Assembly (NCBI RefSeq): GCF_902713615.1
Contig: NC_052146.1
Location: 41,289,324-41,353,323 of the forward strand
Origin: Scyliorhinus canicula
Lineage: Eukaryota
Direction of reading: 5' to 3'
DNA: 64,000 nucleotides
Under the pieces are notes generated by a model that saw only the letters and a list, made by a program, of their open reading frames with translations, was not told the DNA's origin and searched no databases. Below are positions 36,607 through 49,095 of the stretch, in pieces. Both the position numbers and the translations under genes were made by a program. Each line of letters starts with the position of its first letter. Within the stretch, counting starts at the first letter, position 1.

Positions 36607-37183
36607 GGTCAACGTTTCAGTAGGGGAGCAGTTCAGGAACAGTGACCACAATTCAGTAAACTTTAAGGTGCTGATGGATAAAGATAAGTGTAGTCCGGTG
36701 CTAAATTGGGGGAAGGCTAATTACAATAATATTAAGCAGGAACTGAAGAATGTAGGTTGGGGGCAGATGTTTGAGGGCAAATCAACATCTGGCACGTGGG
36801 AGGCTTTCAAGAGTAAGTTGAAGGAATTCAGGACTGGCATATTCCTGTAAGGATGAAGGATAAGTATGGCGAATTTCAGAAAACCTGGATAACGAGAGAT
36901 ATTGTGAACCTAGTCAAAAAGAAAAAGGAAGTATTTGTCAAGGCGAGGAGGCAGGGAACACAAATCAAATGTGGAATACAAGGAAAGTAGAAAGAAACTT
37001 AAGCAAGGAGTCAGGAGGGATAAAAGGGGTCACAAAAAATAATTGGCCAGCAGGATTAAGGAAAATCCCAAGGCTTTTCATACATATATAAAGAGCAAGA
37101 GGGTAGCCAGGGAGAGGGTTGGCCCACTCAAGGATAGGGAAAGGAATCTATGCGTGGAGCCAGAGGAAATGGGTGAGGTATTA

Positions 37184-37530
37184 TTATAGAATTTACAGTG
37201 CAGAAGGAGGCCATTCGGCCCATCGAGTCTGCACCGGCTCCTGGAAAGAGCACCCGACCCAAGGTCAACACCTCCACCCTATTCCCATAACCCAGTAACC
37301 CCACCCAACACTAAGGGCAATTTTGTACACAATGGGCAATTTATCATGGCCAATCCACCTAACCTGCACATCTTTGGACTGTGGGAGGAAACCGGAGCAC
37401 CCGGAGGAAACCCATGCACACACAGGGAGGATGTGCAGACTCCGCACAGACAGTGACCCAAGCCGGAATCGAACCTGGGACCCTGGAGCTGTGAAGCAAT
37501 TGTGCTATCCACAATGCTACCGTGCTGCCC
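37184..37530 (-). mobile_element. Full-length canonical HE1 SINE nested in CR1
   Basis: GGGCAGCACGGTAGC head, V-domain, HER1-type tail. Confidence 0.9.
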
Positions 37531-38893
37531 AAATTAAATGAGGTATTAATTTGAGTCAGTATTCACCAAAGAGAAGGACTTGGTGGATGATGCGTCTGGG
37601 GAAGAGTGTGTAGATTGTTTGGGTCTTGTTGAGATTTAAAAGGAGGAGGTATTGGGGGTCTTGAAAAACATTAAGGTAGACAAGTCCCCAGGGCCTGATG
37701 GGATATACTCCAGAATACCGAGAGAGGAAATTTCTGGGGCCTTGAGAGAAAGCTTTGTATCCTCACTGGCTGCAGGGGTTGTCCCAGAGGATTGGAGAAT
37801 AGCCTATATTGTTCCTCTGTTTAAGTAGGATAGCAAGGATAATCCAGGTAATTACAGGCCGGTGAGCCTTACATCAGTTATAGGGAAATTATTGGAGAGG
37901 ATTCTTCGAGACAAGATTTACTCCCATTTGGAAATAAGTGGACGTATTAGTGAGAGGCAACATGGTTTTGTGAAGGGGAGGTCGTGTCTCACTAACTTGA
38001 TCGAGTTTTTCGAGGAAGTGATGAAGATAATTGATGAGGGTAGGACAGTGGATGTTGTCTACATGGACTTCAGTAAGGCCTTTGACAAGGTCCCTCATGG
38101 CAGCCTGGTGCAGAAGGTAAAGTTGCACGGGATCAGAGATGAGCTGGCAAGGTGGATACAGAACTGGCTCAGTCATAGAAGACAGAGGGTAGCAGTGGAA
38201 GGGTGACGGCTGTGACTAGTGGCGTTCCTCAGGGATCAGTGCTGGGACCTTTGCTGTTTGTAATATATATAAATGATTTGGAGAAAAATGTAACTGGTTT
38301 GATTAGTAAGTTTGCGGACGACACAAAGTTTGGTGAATTGCGGATAGCGATGAGGACTCAAATGATACAGCAGGATATGGATCTGTTGGGAGACTTGGGT
38401 GGAGAGATGGCAGGTGAAGTTTAATCTGGACAAATGTGAGGTACATTTTGGAAGGTCTAATACAGATGGGAAATATACAGTAAATGGCAGAACTCTTAAG
38501 AGTATTGATAGGCAGAGGGATCTGGGTGCATAGGTACTGAAAGTGGCAACGCAGGTGGAGAAGGTCAAGAAGGCATACGGCATGCTTGCCTTCATTGGTC
38601 GGGGCATTGAGTTTAAAAATTGGGAAGTCATGTTGCAGCTTTATAGAACCTTAGTTAGGCTGCACTTGGAATATAGTGTTTAGTTCTGGTCGCCACACTA
38701 CCAGAAGGATGTGGAGACTTTGTTTTTTTTTTTAATTTTTCAAGTTTTTTTTCAGCATTTATTCCATTTTAGTGAATCATTTATCACTTGTCAGTTTACT
38801 TAATCACCCAGGCCTTTTTTTTCCAACTCCTAAGTCTAATTTCAAAATAAAAATGACACATGGTGCAAATAGTCAACTAATTCCATCTTCTGA

Positions 38894-39622
38894 TCATCTT
38901 CCAACCTTTCCCAGCCTGTGATCAGTTTTGGGATCAGCTATTATTGACTGAACAGCTACAATGGCTTCATTAATCTTGGTCTGAAGGTCTCGTAGCTCCT
39001 CTATATGCAGCAACCGGAGGACTCGTGCAGCCTCATTCAAGGTGGCATCTCCAGTATCAAAGCCAAGTAAATGCTTTTCCAGAGATACAGTTAAACCCTC
39101 TTTTGATCGGTTTGCTTTTGCAATGGCCTCCGGACTTAGTCGCTCTTGCACCAAAATGCGAATAGCCTGCAACATTATCAGATAGTCATCGTGGCGCTGG
39201 ATTTGTAAAAGGTTAGCCAATGCCATCACACCAGCCTTAAAGTCAGCGTTGTTAATATCCAGATTAACAAGTGGATCGGTGCCTTTAGTAGCATCCTTTT
39301 TTACACTTTCTGCTGTACAATTCTTGTATTTATCTACATTATCTGAATATTCAAGTCTCACAGCCAAGCCCAGAAGCCAGTCAATATTTTCCTGTCTTTC
39401 CTGAGCCTTGAATGGACAGTTTACATCTGCCAGATACTTTTCAAAGCTTTTAGGCCATTCATTACTGTGCACATTTCGAAGGTTGCCTCTCTCTTCAATC
39501 TTGTAATGTCTTACCTTCTGATCTTCAAGCCACACAATTAAATTTCTAAATTCCACCTCATCTTTACAGTCAAACACGCCGCTGTTATGATACTCGAGAG
39601 CCGACAGTTTCCTCCGAAACAT
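38894..39622 (-). CDS. RTRAF: Intronless retrocopy of RNA transcription, translation and transport factor (C14orf166/CGI-99/hCLE); intact 242-aa ORF
   Basis: MFRRKLSALEYHN...EFRNLIVWLEDQKVRHYKIEERGNLR...ADPKTDHRLGKVGR; AATAAA at 38758-38763 (minus), poly(A) ~38723-38740, TSD GGATGTGGAGACTTTGTT at 38707-38724 and 39681-39698. Confidence 0.95.
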   Translation of the reverse strand: MFRRKLSALEYHNSGVFDCKDEVEFRNLIVWLEDQKVRHYKIEERGNLRNVHSNEWPKSFEKYLADVNCPFKAQERQENIDWLLGLAVRLEYSDNVDKYKNCTAESVKKDATKGTDPLVNLDINNADFKAGVMALANLLQIQRHDDYLIMLQAIRILVQERLSPEAIAKANRSKEGLTVSLEKHLLGFDTGDATLNEAARVLRLLHIEELRDLQTKINEAIVAVQSIIADPKTDHRLGKVGR

Positions 39623-40174
39623 TTTAGCATCCACCACGCAACTCGCCAACAATGGCTGGGAACGTCAACGCGTCACACTCGGATGTGGAGACTTTGTTGA
39701 GGGTGCAGAAAAGATTTACCAGGATGTTGCCTGGTATCAAGGGCATTAGCTATGAGAGGTTGGAGAAACTTGGTTTGTTCTCACTGCAATGATGGAGGTT
39801 GAGAGGCGACCTGATAGAAGTCTATTAGATTATGAGGGGTATAGACAGAGTGGATAGTCAGAAGCTTTTTCCCAGGATGGAAGAGTCAATTACTAGGGGG
39901 TATAGGTTTAAGGTGCAAGGGGCAAAGTTTAAAGGAGATGTACGAGGCAACTTTTTTTCACAGAGGGTGGTGGGCGCCTGGAACCCTTTGCCAGGAGAGG
40001 TAGTGGAAGCAAGCAGATACAATAGTGACCTTTAAGGGGTGTATTGACAAATATGTGAATAGGATGGGAAGAGAGGGATATGGTCCCCGGAAGAGTCGGG
40101 TTTTTAGTTCAGGCGGACAGCATGGTTGGCGCAGGCGTGGAGAGCCGAAGGGCCTGTTACTGTGCTGTACCTTA

Positions 40175-41670
40175 AAAGTAGTAAGGTACTTCATAAGGGT
40201 TATCAAAAAAATAAATTGACACCAAGTCACCTTGAGGTATGAGGGCAGATGACAAAAAGCTTGGTCACAGAGGTAGGTTCTAAAAGGCATCTTAAAGGAG
40301 GAGAGAAAGGTAGAGAGGTTAACAAAAGATGATATAAGAATTTGGAGCAGGAGTAAGTTTTTAAGCCCATTGAGCCTGCTCCGCCATTCAATATGATCTT
40401 GGCTGATTTCACCTTAGCCTTTCTGCTCGCTCCGCATACCCCTTCATCCTGCTGCAAATTAAAAATGTATCTATCTCGTCCTTAAATTTGTTTAGTGTTC
40501 CGGCACCCAGTGCACTATGGAGTAGAGAATTCCACAGATTTATGACTCTTTGACTAAAGTAATTCCTCCTCATTTCTGTTTTAAATCTGTCACCCCTTAG
40601 CCTAAAACTATGGCCTCTTGTTCGAGAATGTCCGACAAGGGGAAACGTACGCTCTACATCTACCCTGTCAATCTCCTTCAGCATTTTATATACCTCAATT
40701 AGGTCTCGTCTCGTTTTTATAAAGTCCAGCAAGAATAGGCCTAAACCCCTCATTCTCTCATTAGACATGTCTTCATCCCTGGAATCAATTTAGTGAACCT
40801 TGTCTGAACCACCTCTAATTCATTTACATCCTCAAGTGAGGGGACCAAAACTGTGCGCAGTACTCCAGATGTGGTCTCACCAATGCCCTATACAGTTGTA
40901 AGAGCACTTCCGTCCTTTTATACTCTATTCCATTAGCAATGAATGGCAAAATCCCATTTGCCTTCCTTATTACCATTTAAGTTGCCTTTTTATTCGTCCA
41001 ACCAAAATAGATAATTCACACTAATCCATGTTAAATGAATCTGCCAGATTTTGGCCTACTCACCTAACCTATCGAAATCCAGTTGTAAATTTCTTATTTC
41101 CTCATTGTACTTTGCTTTCTCACCTATTTTAGTGTAATCTTCAAATTTAGCTATAATACATTCTATCCCTGGTTAATGGATGGAGTTCCAGAACTTCAGG
41201 CCCAGGCAGTTGAAAGCAGCCAACAACAATGCAGCAATTAAAATTGGGATTTCTCAAAAGGCCAGAATTGGAGAAGCAAAGATGGAGGAAGTTTCAGAGA
41301 TAGAGACGGGAGGGTACGATTTGAAAACAATGATACTTTTAATGTTGAGGCTTTACTTAACCAATGACTTGTGTAGATTAATGAGCACGGGGTGATTTGT
41401 GAACAGAACTTCGTCCTAGATTGGACGCGCGCAGCCGAGTTTTGGATGGCCTCAACATAATAGGAAGGTAGGAGGCTGGCTAGGAGTGCATTTGAATAGT
41501 TAGGTCTATAGATAACAAACACATTGTTGAGGGTTTCAGCAGCAGTTGAGCTGAAGCAGGGATGAGTCGGACGATGTTACAGAGATGGAAACTGGTGGTC
41601 TTAGTGTTGTTGCAGATATGTGATCAAATGTTTCTCTGAGTCAAATATAACACCAAGAGAGTGAACAAAA
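40175..41670 (-). mobile_element. L2 LINE remnant interrupted by CR1 (~40325-41170)
   Basis: NYSNALLASL..IQNSAAR (L2 RT C-terminus); inner MRRNYFSQRVINLWNSL (CR1). Confidence 0.75.
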
Positions 41671-41749
41671 TTTCCAGAATAAATTTTAATTTTCAATCTT
41701 TCCTCCAGCTATCATGAGTTGGCTAACTGAATCAGTTTGAATCCTGGAG

Positions 41750-43270
41750 GACCTGACTGACATATGAGGAGAGATTGAGTCAGTTAGGATTATATTTGCT
41801 GGGATTTCAAAGGAGGGGGGATGTCATAGAAACCCATAAAATTCTAACAGAATAAACAGGGTAGATGCAGGAAGGATGTTCCCGATGGCACGGGAGTCCA
41901 GGACCAGGGTTCACAGTCTAAGATATGGAGTAAACCATTTAGGAATAAGGAGAACTTTCTTCGCCCAGAGAGTGGTGAACCTGTGGAATTCTCTACCACA
42001 GAAAGCAGTTGAGGTTAAAACAGTTTTCAAGGAGTTAGATATAGCACTTGGGGCTACAGGGATCAAATGATATTGGGGGATGGGGGGGGTGGGGGGAGGC
42101 AACAGGTTAGTGTTGGATGATTCGTCATGATCATTATTAATAGCAGAACAGGCTCAGAGGGCTGAATGGCCTACACCTGCTCTTATTTTCTATGCTTCTA
42201 TTACCTTCATAGAGTAAAAGCGTTTTACAACACAAACAAAATGAGACCCTTTAGCTCATGGCGTCATCAAGCACATATCTATTCTAATCCCATTTTCCAA
42301 TACTTGGTCTGTGTCCTTGTTTGCTATGGTATTTCCAGTGCTTATCTAAATGTTTCTTAAATGTTGAGGGTTCCTGCCTCCACCACCTTTTTGGGCAGGG
42401 AGTTTCACATTCCAGCCACCGAGTGAAAATGTTTTACCTCAAATCCCCTGCCACTTACCTTAATTTACGACTCCTGGTTATTAACCCCTCTACTATAGGG
42501 AAAGATTCCTTCCCATTTACCCCATGTCCCTCATACTTTTGTACACCTCAATTATGTCCCCTCAACCGTCTCTACTTCTAAGGAAACCAACCCCAGCCTA
42601 GCCAGCCTCTCTGCATAGCTGATATGCTCTGGCCCAGGCAACATCCTGGTGAATCTCTTCTGCACCCTCTCTAGTGCAATCACATCCATCCTATAATGGC
42701 AACCAGAACTCCAGCTGTGGCCTGATGACCATTTATTATAACTCCAGCATAATCTCCCTGCTCTTAATTTCTATGCCTTGTCTAATAAAGGAAAGTTTGC
42801 CATCTGCCTTAACCTTATCTACCGTTCTGCTGCCTTCAGAGATCAATGGACATGCACCCCAATCTGGTCCTCTTTACTTTCTAGTTATACCATTCATTGT
42901 GCATTCCCTTACCTTGTTAATCCTCCCAAAATGCATCACCTCACATCTTTCAGGGTTAAATTCCATTTGTCACTGTTCTGCCCATCTGACCAGCCAGTCT
43001 ATATCATCCTGTAATCTAAGAATTCATTGCTCGCTATTTACCACCACCAATTTACCATCTGCAAACTTACCAATCGCACCTCCTAATTTTATGTCTAGAC
43101 ATTTAATGTACCCTACAAACAGCAAAGTACCAAGCACTGATATCTGCGGTACACCACTAGACACAGGCTTCCAGTCACAAAAACTTCCAGTCACAAAAAC
43201 AACCTTAAACCATCACCCTCTGTCTCCTGCCACTAAACCAATTTTGGATCCAACTTTACCTGCATTATCT
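41750..43270. mobile_element. Two tail-to-tail CR1 fragments (+ ~41750-42200; - ~42210-43270)
   Basis: CR1 ORF2 C-terminal peptides and tails. Confidence 0.75.
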
Positions 43271-43879
43271 AAATTTTAGAGCATAAGCATTACTGCTCTT
43301 TTTCAGGAGCTGCTATTGCCATTGAAACTTCCACTTGACCAATCTTTTGTTTCTGCTCCCCCCTGGGCCAGCTCCTTCTGCTTTGCACCATTATCCTTTA
43401 TTTTATTTAATCTATTCTGCCTTCCATTATATCACAGCCCTTCCCTTTTGTCCTTCCTTCAGCCTTTTCCTACATTTGAGCTTGCTTAAAACGCATGTTT
43501 AACTTTTTTCCAGATCTAACAATAGGTCACCTGTTCTCCCTTGGCACATGTTGCCTAAACTGCTGACTATTTCCAACATTTCTTGGTCCTATTTCAGTTT
43601 TCCACCATCCACAGTATTTTGCTTTCGTACTGATTACGGAGGCAATAATTGAAGCAGAGACCATGTTAAGGTTTCGGTTGAAGGAAAATGACCCAAAGGG
43701 ATTTAGTAACAGGGTTTGAATTTGATTGGAACTGCCGCTTACGTGGAGCAAATCATATCTGATATAACACTTCTCCAAGCTGATGACCTTTCGTTAGAAC
43801 TGGTCGGGCCTGTTTCCAAGCTGTAATTTTCCAGATAAGGACAAACCCTGCACCACCTTTCCCGGTTGAGACTCCCACT

Positions 43880-44760
43880 GAAAGGTGCCTCGAATGATCG
43901 TCACTTCCGGTGTGCTTGACGTGAACTTCGCTTCCGATTGGTCGATGCACAGGTCAATCAGATTGGGGGCGGGGACGCGGGTGTGTCGGGTTGTGTGCAA
44001 CCGCAACAGCGGGGTGTCCGTTTACGCTCTGTGCGCTCGAGCTGCTGGACATCTGGCACCGAGGGGTTGGACATGTTGGTGTAGTTTCGGGACGCGGACA
44101 CGGAGCAACTGTCATGAAGGTACTGGTCCCTTTGGTATTTTCGGAGCCGTCATGTTACTGGCGTGGCCCTCCGTTCCTGTAACGGTGCGGCTGCCACCTC
44201 CCCGATCGGGAGACGAATGACTTGTCGCCGGTGTCGGCAGATCATATTTGGCACCAAGGACGGGGGTCGACGCCGATTTTTGAAGCGGCTTTTCCTCAGA
44301 TCGGGGAGGGGGCGGCAGCATCTTCAAGCGTCCCTTTCAAATCGCTGGAACAGCAGATGTAGGTGTAGAAAATGCGAGTGGGCGTTTACTGATGGCGGTG
44401 GCTGTGCTTTAATTTTGAATTTTACATCACAGCGCGAGTGTGGAAGCCAGGCGTGTTATTTATTGTGTTATTTACCGGGGCAAGGGAGCAGCAAGGGAGG
44501 AAGGAGGGCTGCCTTGGTCAGGCCTGTGTTTTCTCTCTCTGTCTGGTTTCTTCGAGGCCCTGAGTGTGGCGCAGGGAATTGTACAGATGTGAAAGCTTTC
44601 CAGCCGCAATCCCTGGGGATTTTGTCAGATCTTTCCGTGCTAATGTTTGCGCGCGATGTGAGAATAAGGATTTGTCGGGGTGAAGGAAGGAAGAGCAGAG
44701 CGAGAGGATGCTAATGCCTAATCCGGAATATCTGCGGTGGTCAGCGATTGCCAACGTTTA
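43880..44760 (+). promoter_or_regulatory. CpG-island promoter of RNF34
   Basis: CpG-dense; ETS CACTTCCGG 43902-43910, CRE-like TGACGTGA 43917-43924, ATTGG 43937 and 43962, GC box GGGGCGGGG 43966-43974. Confidence 0.8.
44114..44119 (+). CDS. RNF34: RNF34 coding exon 1 (ATG AAG = MK)
   Basis: gtcATGAAG|gtact within the CpG island; joins exon 2 to give MKAGATSMWASCCG, the known RNF34 N-terminus. Confidence 0.85.
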
Positions 44761-45924
44761 TGCTGCTCAACAGAAGATTTGCTGACAGCCTTTGTTATTT
44801 GATTGTGCATATGAGGTTCAAAATACATCAGTTTTAGTGTTTTCCACCCCACCCCTTTATTTAAGTGTGTGCCGTCAAGATGTTTCCAGCCCACTTCGAC
44901 AAAATTATTAGATGGTGTCTGTTATGCTTTATTGAAATCCGAATGGTGAATTACTATTGTTTAAACATCGATATTAATCGAAAACCTTTATTTTAAAATT
45001 TCAAACGTAAACAATGTATCAGTACATCCAAATTGAACGATCTGATAGCTTTGACAAAGAGTCATCGGACTCACCGTTAGCTCTTTTCTCTCCCTACAGA
45101 TGCTGCCAGACTTGCTGAGATTTTCCAGCATTTTCCCTTTCGTTTCAGATTCCAGCATCCGCATTAATTTGCTTTTATTTTATGTTTGTGTATTTTGTTT
45201 TGATTATACAGTATCGGTATTCCCAAACTGTTTATTACTACACCCATACTTGCATCGCTCCACGGGGCGAAATTGATCAGCAGGAGTGGAAGCGGGTTGA
45301 TGATTTTCAATGAATCACGTACTACCACGGAAAAGGACATTTGTTTCGTGTACTTTCACACACAAGTATCTTATTTTTCTACTAACACAGCAACAACCTT
45401 TGCCTTTAACATAATGAAATATCCCAAGGTGCTGCAGAACCGAATGAGATTAAACCAAAGAAGGGCACATTAGATCAGGTTTTCCAAAACTTGGTGAAAG
45501 AAGTAGATTGTGTCTTGGAAAAATAAACAAGTTTAAGGAAGGAGAGGGCAGCATGGTGGTGCGCTGGTGAGCACTGCTACTTCACAGCACTGAGGGGTTC
45601 GATCCCGGCCCTGGGTCACTGTCCGTGTGGAGTTTGTACATTCTCCCCGTGTCTGCGTGGGTCACACCCCGCACAACCCAAAAGGATGTGCAGATAGGTG
45701 AATTGGCCATGCTAAATTGGACACTAGTCCAACTTAAGCAATCCATTAAATAAAAGTAGAATACTGCAGATGCTGAAAATCTGAAATAAAAACAGAAAAC
45801 ACTGGATAAACTCAGCAGATCTGGCAGCATTTGTGGAGAAAGAAACGCAGTTAACGTTTAAAGCCTAATCAACCCATTACCATTCTGTACATTTTCTATA
45901 GAAGGGTCAATGGATTCAAACATT

Positions 45925-46104
45925 TTTTTAAATAAAAATTTAGAGTACCCAATTATTTTTTTTCCAATTAAGAGGCAATTTAGCGTGGCCAATCCACCTA
46001 AATGTGCAAACCCCACACAGACAGCGACCCAGAGCTGGGATCAAACCTGGGCCCTCGGCGCCGTGAGGCTGCAGTGCTAATCCACTGCGCCACCGTGCTG
46101 CCCT
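45925..46104 (-). mobile_element. Short A-tailed HE1 SINE
   Basis: TSD AATGGATTCAAACATT 45909-45924 and 46105-46120. Confidence 0.88.
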
Positions 46105-48932
46105 AATGGATTCAAACATTAACTGTGTTTCTCCTTCCATACGTGCTGTTAGAGTTTATCCAGTATTTCTGTTTTATTTTATATTAAACAATCCTTTCTG
46201 TCATGACATGAACAATGTAAATAGCATCACACCAACCGTAGGCAACTGAATAAATCTAAATATTAATGAATACATAATGATTTCTCTTTATTGCAGTGTG
46301 TAAAATTAGTCAATTTGCTAATTTGTCACTTGTGGAATTTCAGATTTATTTTGGAGAGTTTCAACTTCCAATCAGTTTCTACATTCAAACTTCTTTAATT
46401 CGTGTTTTTGTAATAAGTAGGTGAAGAAAATCCATACAGATATGATAAGGCAAAGTCAACAAACTATTCAGTGGTCTTTGAAACAACTTGGAAACTTTTT
46501 GATTGAGATCTGCAACTAAACAAGAGGCATGACTTTAAAATTGATTCTCAAAAAGTAGTCACCAGCATAGTTGATTAAATTCTGTTTTAGACGCAACAAT
46601 CTTAGCCTTTCAAAAGTATTGGATTTTGAACCTTACAATTCACTTGCCACCTTTCAGGAAAATATTTGCTGAATTTTGTACAAATGTGAGACAAGTGTTC
46701 CAGAACTATATTTTTAACTTCTACCTTTCACTGTCCATAACAATAGAAGACTATGTCAGGAACATGGCAACATTGTCTTGCAATTAATGGCTACTCCATA
46801 GGAAAGTAATTTTGGCAAAGCTCTGTACATTTTCCATGGTAATGAAAATGTTACAATTCTCTTTTCAAGTAGAGGCTTGGTTAAGTATATCAGCCAAATA
46901 ATCCAATAAAATCTGGAAACACTGGTCAAGAAAGTTATGATAATAATTCAGTCACTTGAAAACCACAAGATAGACATCAATCACACTTTAACTATCTTCA
47001 TCGATCATTTCTTTTTGAAGAGCTTCTCTTTAATAAAAGGATAAAATATTTTTTTCAAAAGTTTATCATTGAAGATAGGATATTTGGTCTCAAGGGACAT
47101 TTTCAATAGCTTCATTTTGTTTTTGCCATTGTGTGCAAGAAGAAAAAACTCTACCCCTTCAGTTGCTGAACACCAAATGTCATTAGCAGTTACAAAACAC
47201 ATAGAAGCTAAGGGAGCTAGGAATGTTAATTTAAAATGGTAGATCAGTGCAGTATCAGTTCATCCATATATTTACTGATAGCAAACTGAAAACTACTGCT
47301 AACCTGGTGCAAATCCTACCCAAGTAAACTAATGCCAACTTCCTGCTTTACTTGGGTATGTGGGCAATCAAAAGTATGAACTACTATAAATTTTAAAGAT
47401 GCTCTGAATAAATTTAGATATAAAGTTAACATCAGAAACAGTTCTGATTTAACCAAGTTCTATTTTTAGAAATGTGTGAAATTTCAAACATCTTGTACTG
47501 TGCTGAGATATCTAATGCAGGGATATAACAGTGTATGCTTTTTATTCAAATGTCATCTTCACTTTGCTCATAAGTAAAAACAGAAAATGCTTGAAAATCT
47601 CAGCAGGTCTGGCAATATCTGTGGAGAGAGAAACAGAGTTAGCATTTTGAGTCTGTATGACTTCTTCAGAGCTAAAGAGAGGGAGAAATGTGATGGATTA
47701 TATATTGTATAACAGGAGGTTGAGCAGAGTAGAAGGTCAATGATAGGTGGGAGCCAGGAGCAAATGCAACAAAGACGTGTCGGGCACAAGACCGAGGAAG
47801 CAATAATGGCAGTGTGAAAGGCTATGGAAGGTGCTGACAGTGGCATAAAGGTAAGGTAGCTGAATGTGTTAATGTCAATTTGCTCAGTTTCTTTCAAAAT
47901 AATAGAACTTGTAATGCATATCCTCTGGTGACATGAATTGGCATCAGTGGCTCTTCTTCGCCAAAGTGTTCTCCTTCACTTTTGTAATGAAAGACCAGTT
48001 GATATTTTTAGTTGGTATTGGTTAAGAAAAGACAGCATGGCTCCTCTCTGCTTTTCCTTGAATTTCTTACATCTGCTTGAACAGGCTGGTATGGCTTCAG
48101 TTTTTGTGTTTCATCTGAAGAGCACCTCTTCCTCAGTACAGAATTGATGTCCCTGCCTACTGCTGAAGACCTGAAGTGGGAATATAACTCTGATGTTCAT
48201 AAGTTTCAAATTATTTTAAATACTGCAAAGAATTTTGTAAAATTATGGAAGAGCTCTTCCCAACCTATAAATAATGAAGATTAGGGAGCTTATTACCAGG
48301 AATGCTGTTTCAAGCTCAGTTAAAATAATCTAGGATAGGGTGGCACAGTGGTTAGCACTGCTGTCTCCCAGCGCTGAGGACCCGGGTTCAATCCCTGTCA
48401 ATGTGGAGTTTGCACATGCTCCCCATTTCAGCGTGGGCCTCACCCCCACAACCAAAAGATGTGCAGGTTGGTGGACTGGCCATGCTAAATTGCCCTTTAC
48501 TTAGAAAAAAAAAATTGGGTACTCTAAAACCATTTTTAAAATCTCCATAAGAAAACAAAATCTTTCTGAGTTTTTATTCATCTGTCCTAATTCTTTGCAT
48601 GTGGCTTGACGTCAGATTTTGTTTAATAATGCTCCTGTGAAGCATCTTGGGGAATTTTATCATGTTGTGGGCAGCGTACAAATACAAGCTATAGTTGCAT
48701 GCTTTAACGCAGTATTGCCTTGATAAACGTTGCATGCGAACTATAGATGTGGCTGTGACATGTTTTATCCACATGCACTGATGTTAGTAGAAAATGCCTT
48801 AAACTCACCCAATACAGATAACTGTTCGGCAAATAGACATATGAAGTACAAACATCTACTGCCGTTCAATAACCAAGGCAGAATGGCACACGCAATGATC
48901 AGGAACCATTTGCAAATATGCGCACGCACTTT

Positions 48933-49095
48933 GTAAAATGGCAAATTACTGCAGATGCTGGAATCTGAAACCAAAAGAGAAAATGCTGGAAAATCTCCTT
49001 GACAAAGGATCATCTGGACTCAAAACATTAGCTCTCTTCTCTCCTTACAGATGCTATCAGACCTGCTGAGATTTTCCAGCATTATCTCTCTTTGG
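48933..49095. mobile_element. Penelope-derived partial palindrome (same family as 29604; further fragments near 45050, 45755, 47575)
   Basis: gcaaattactgcagatgctggaatctg...ttgacaaaggatcatctggactcaaaa. Confidence 0.7.

Larger units (their letters stand above)
34363..40170 (+). mobile_element. CR1 LINE (endonuclease to 3' tail) hosting three nested insertions
   Basis: [62 protein letters not shown]; tail gggcctgttactgtgctgtac. Confidence 0.92.

Noticed and set aside
39623-39652. N-terminal extension MLASCVVDAK on the RTRAF ORF
   Set aside because: Starts at a TTG in the 5' UTR; the conserved start is MFRRKL at 39622
43753-44754. Several 60-183 aa ORFs in the CpG island
   Set aside because: Expected by chance in GC-rich promoter and intron sequence; no recognisable domains
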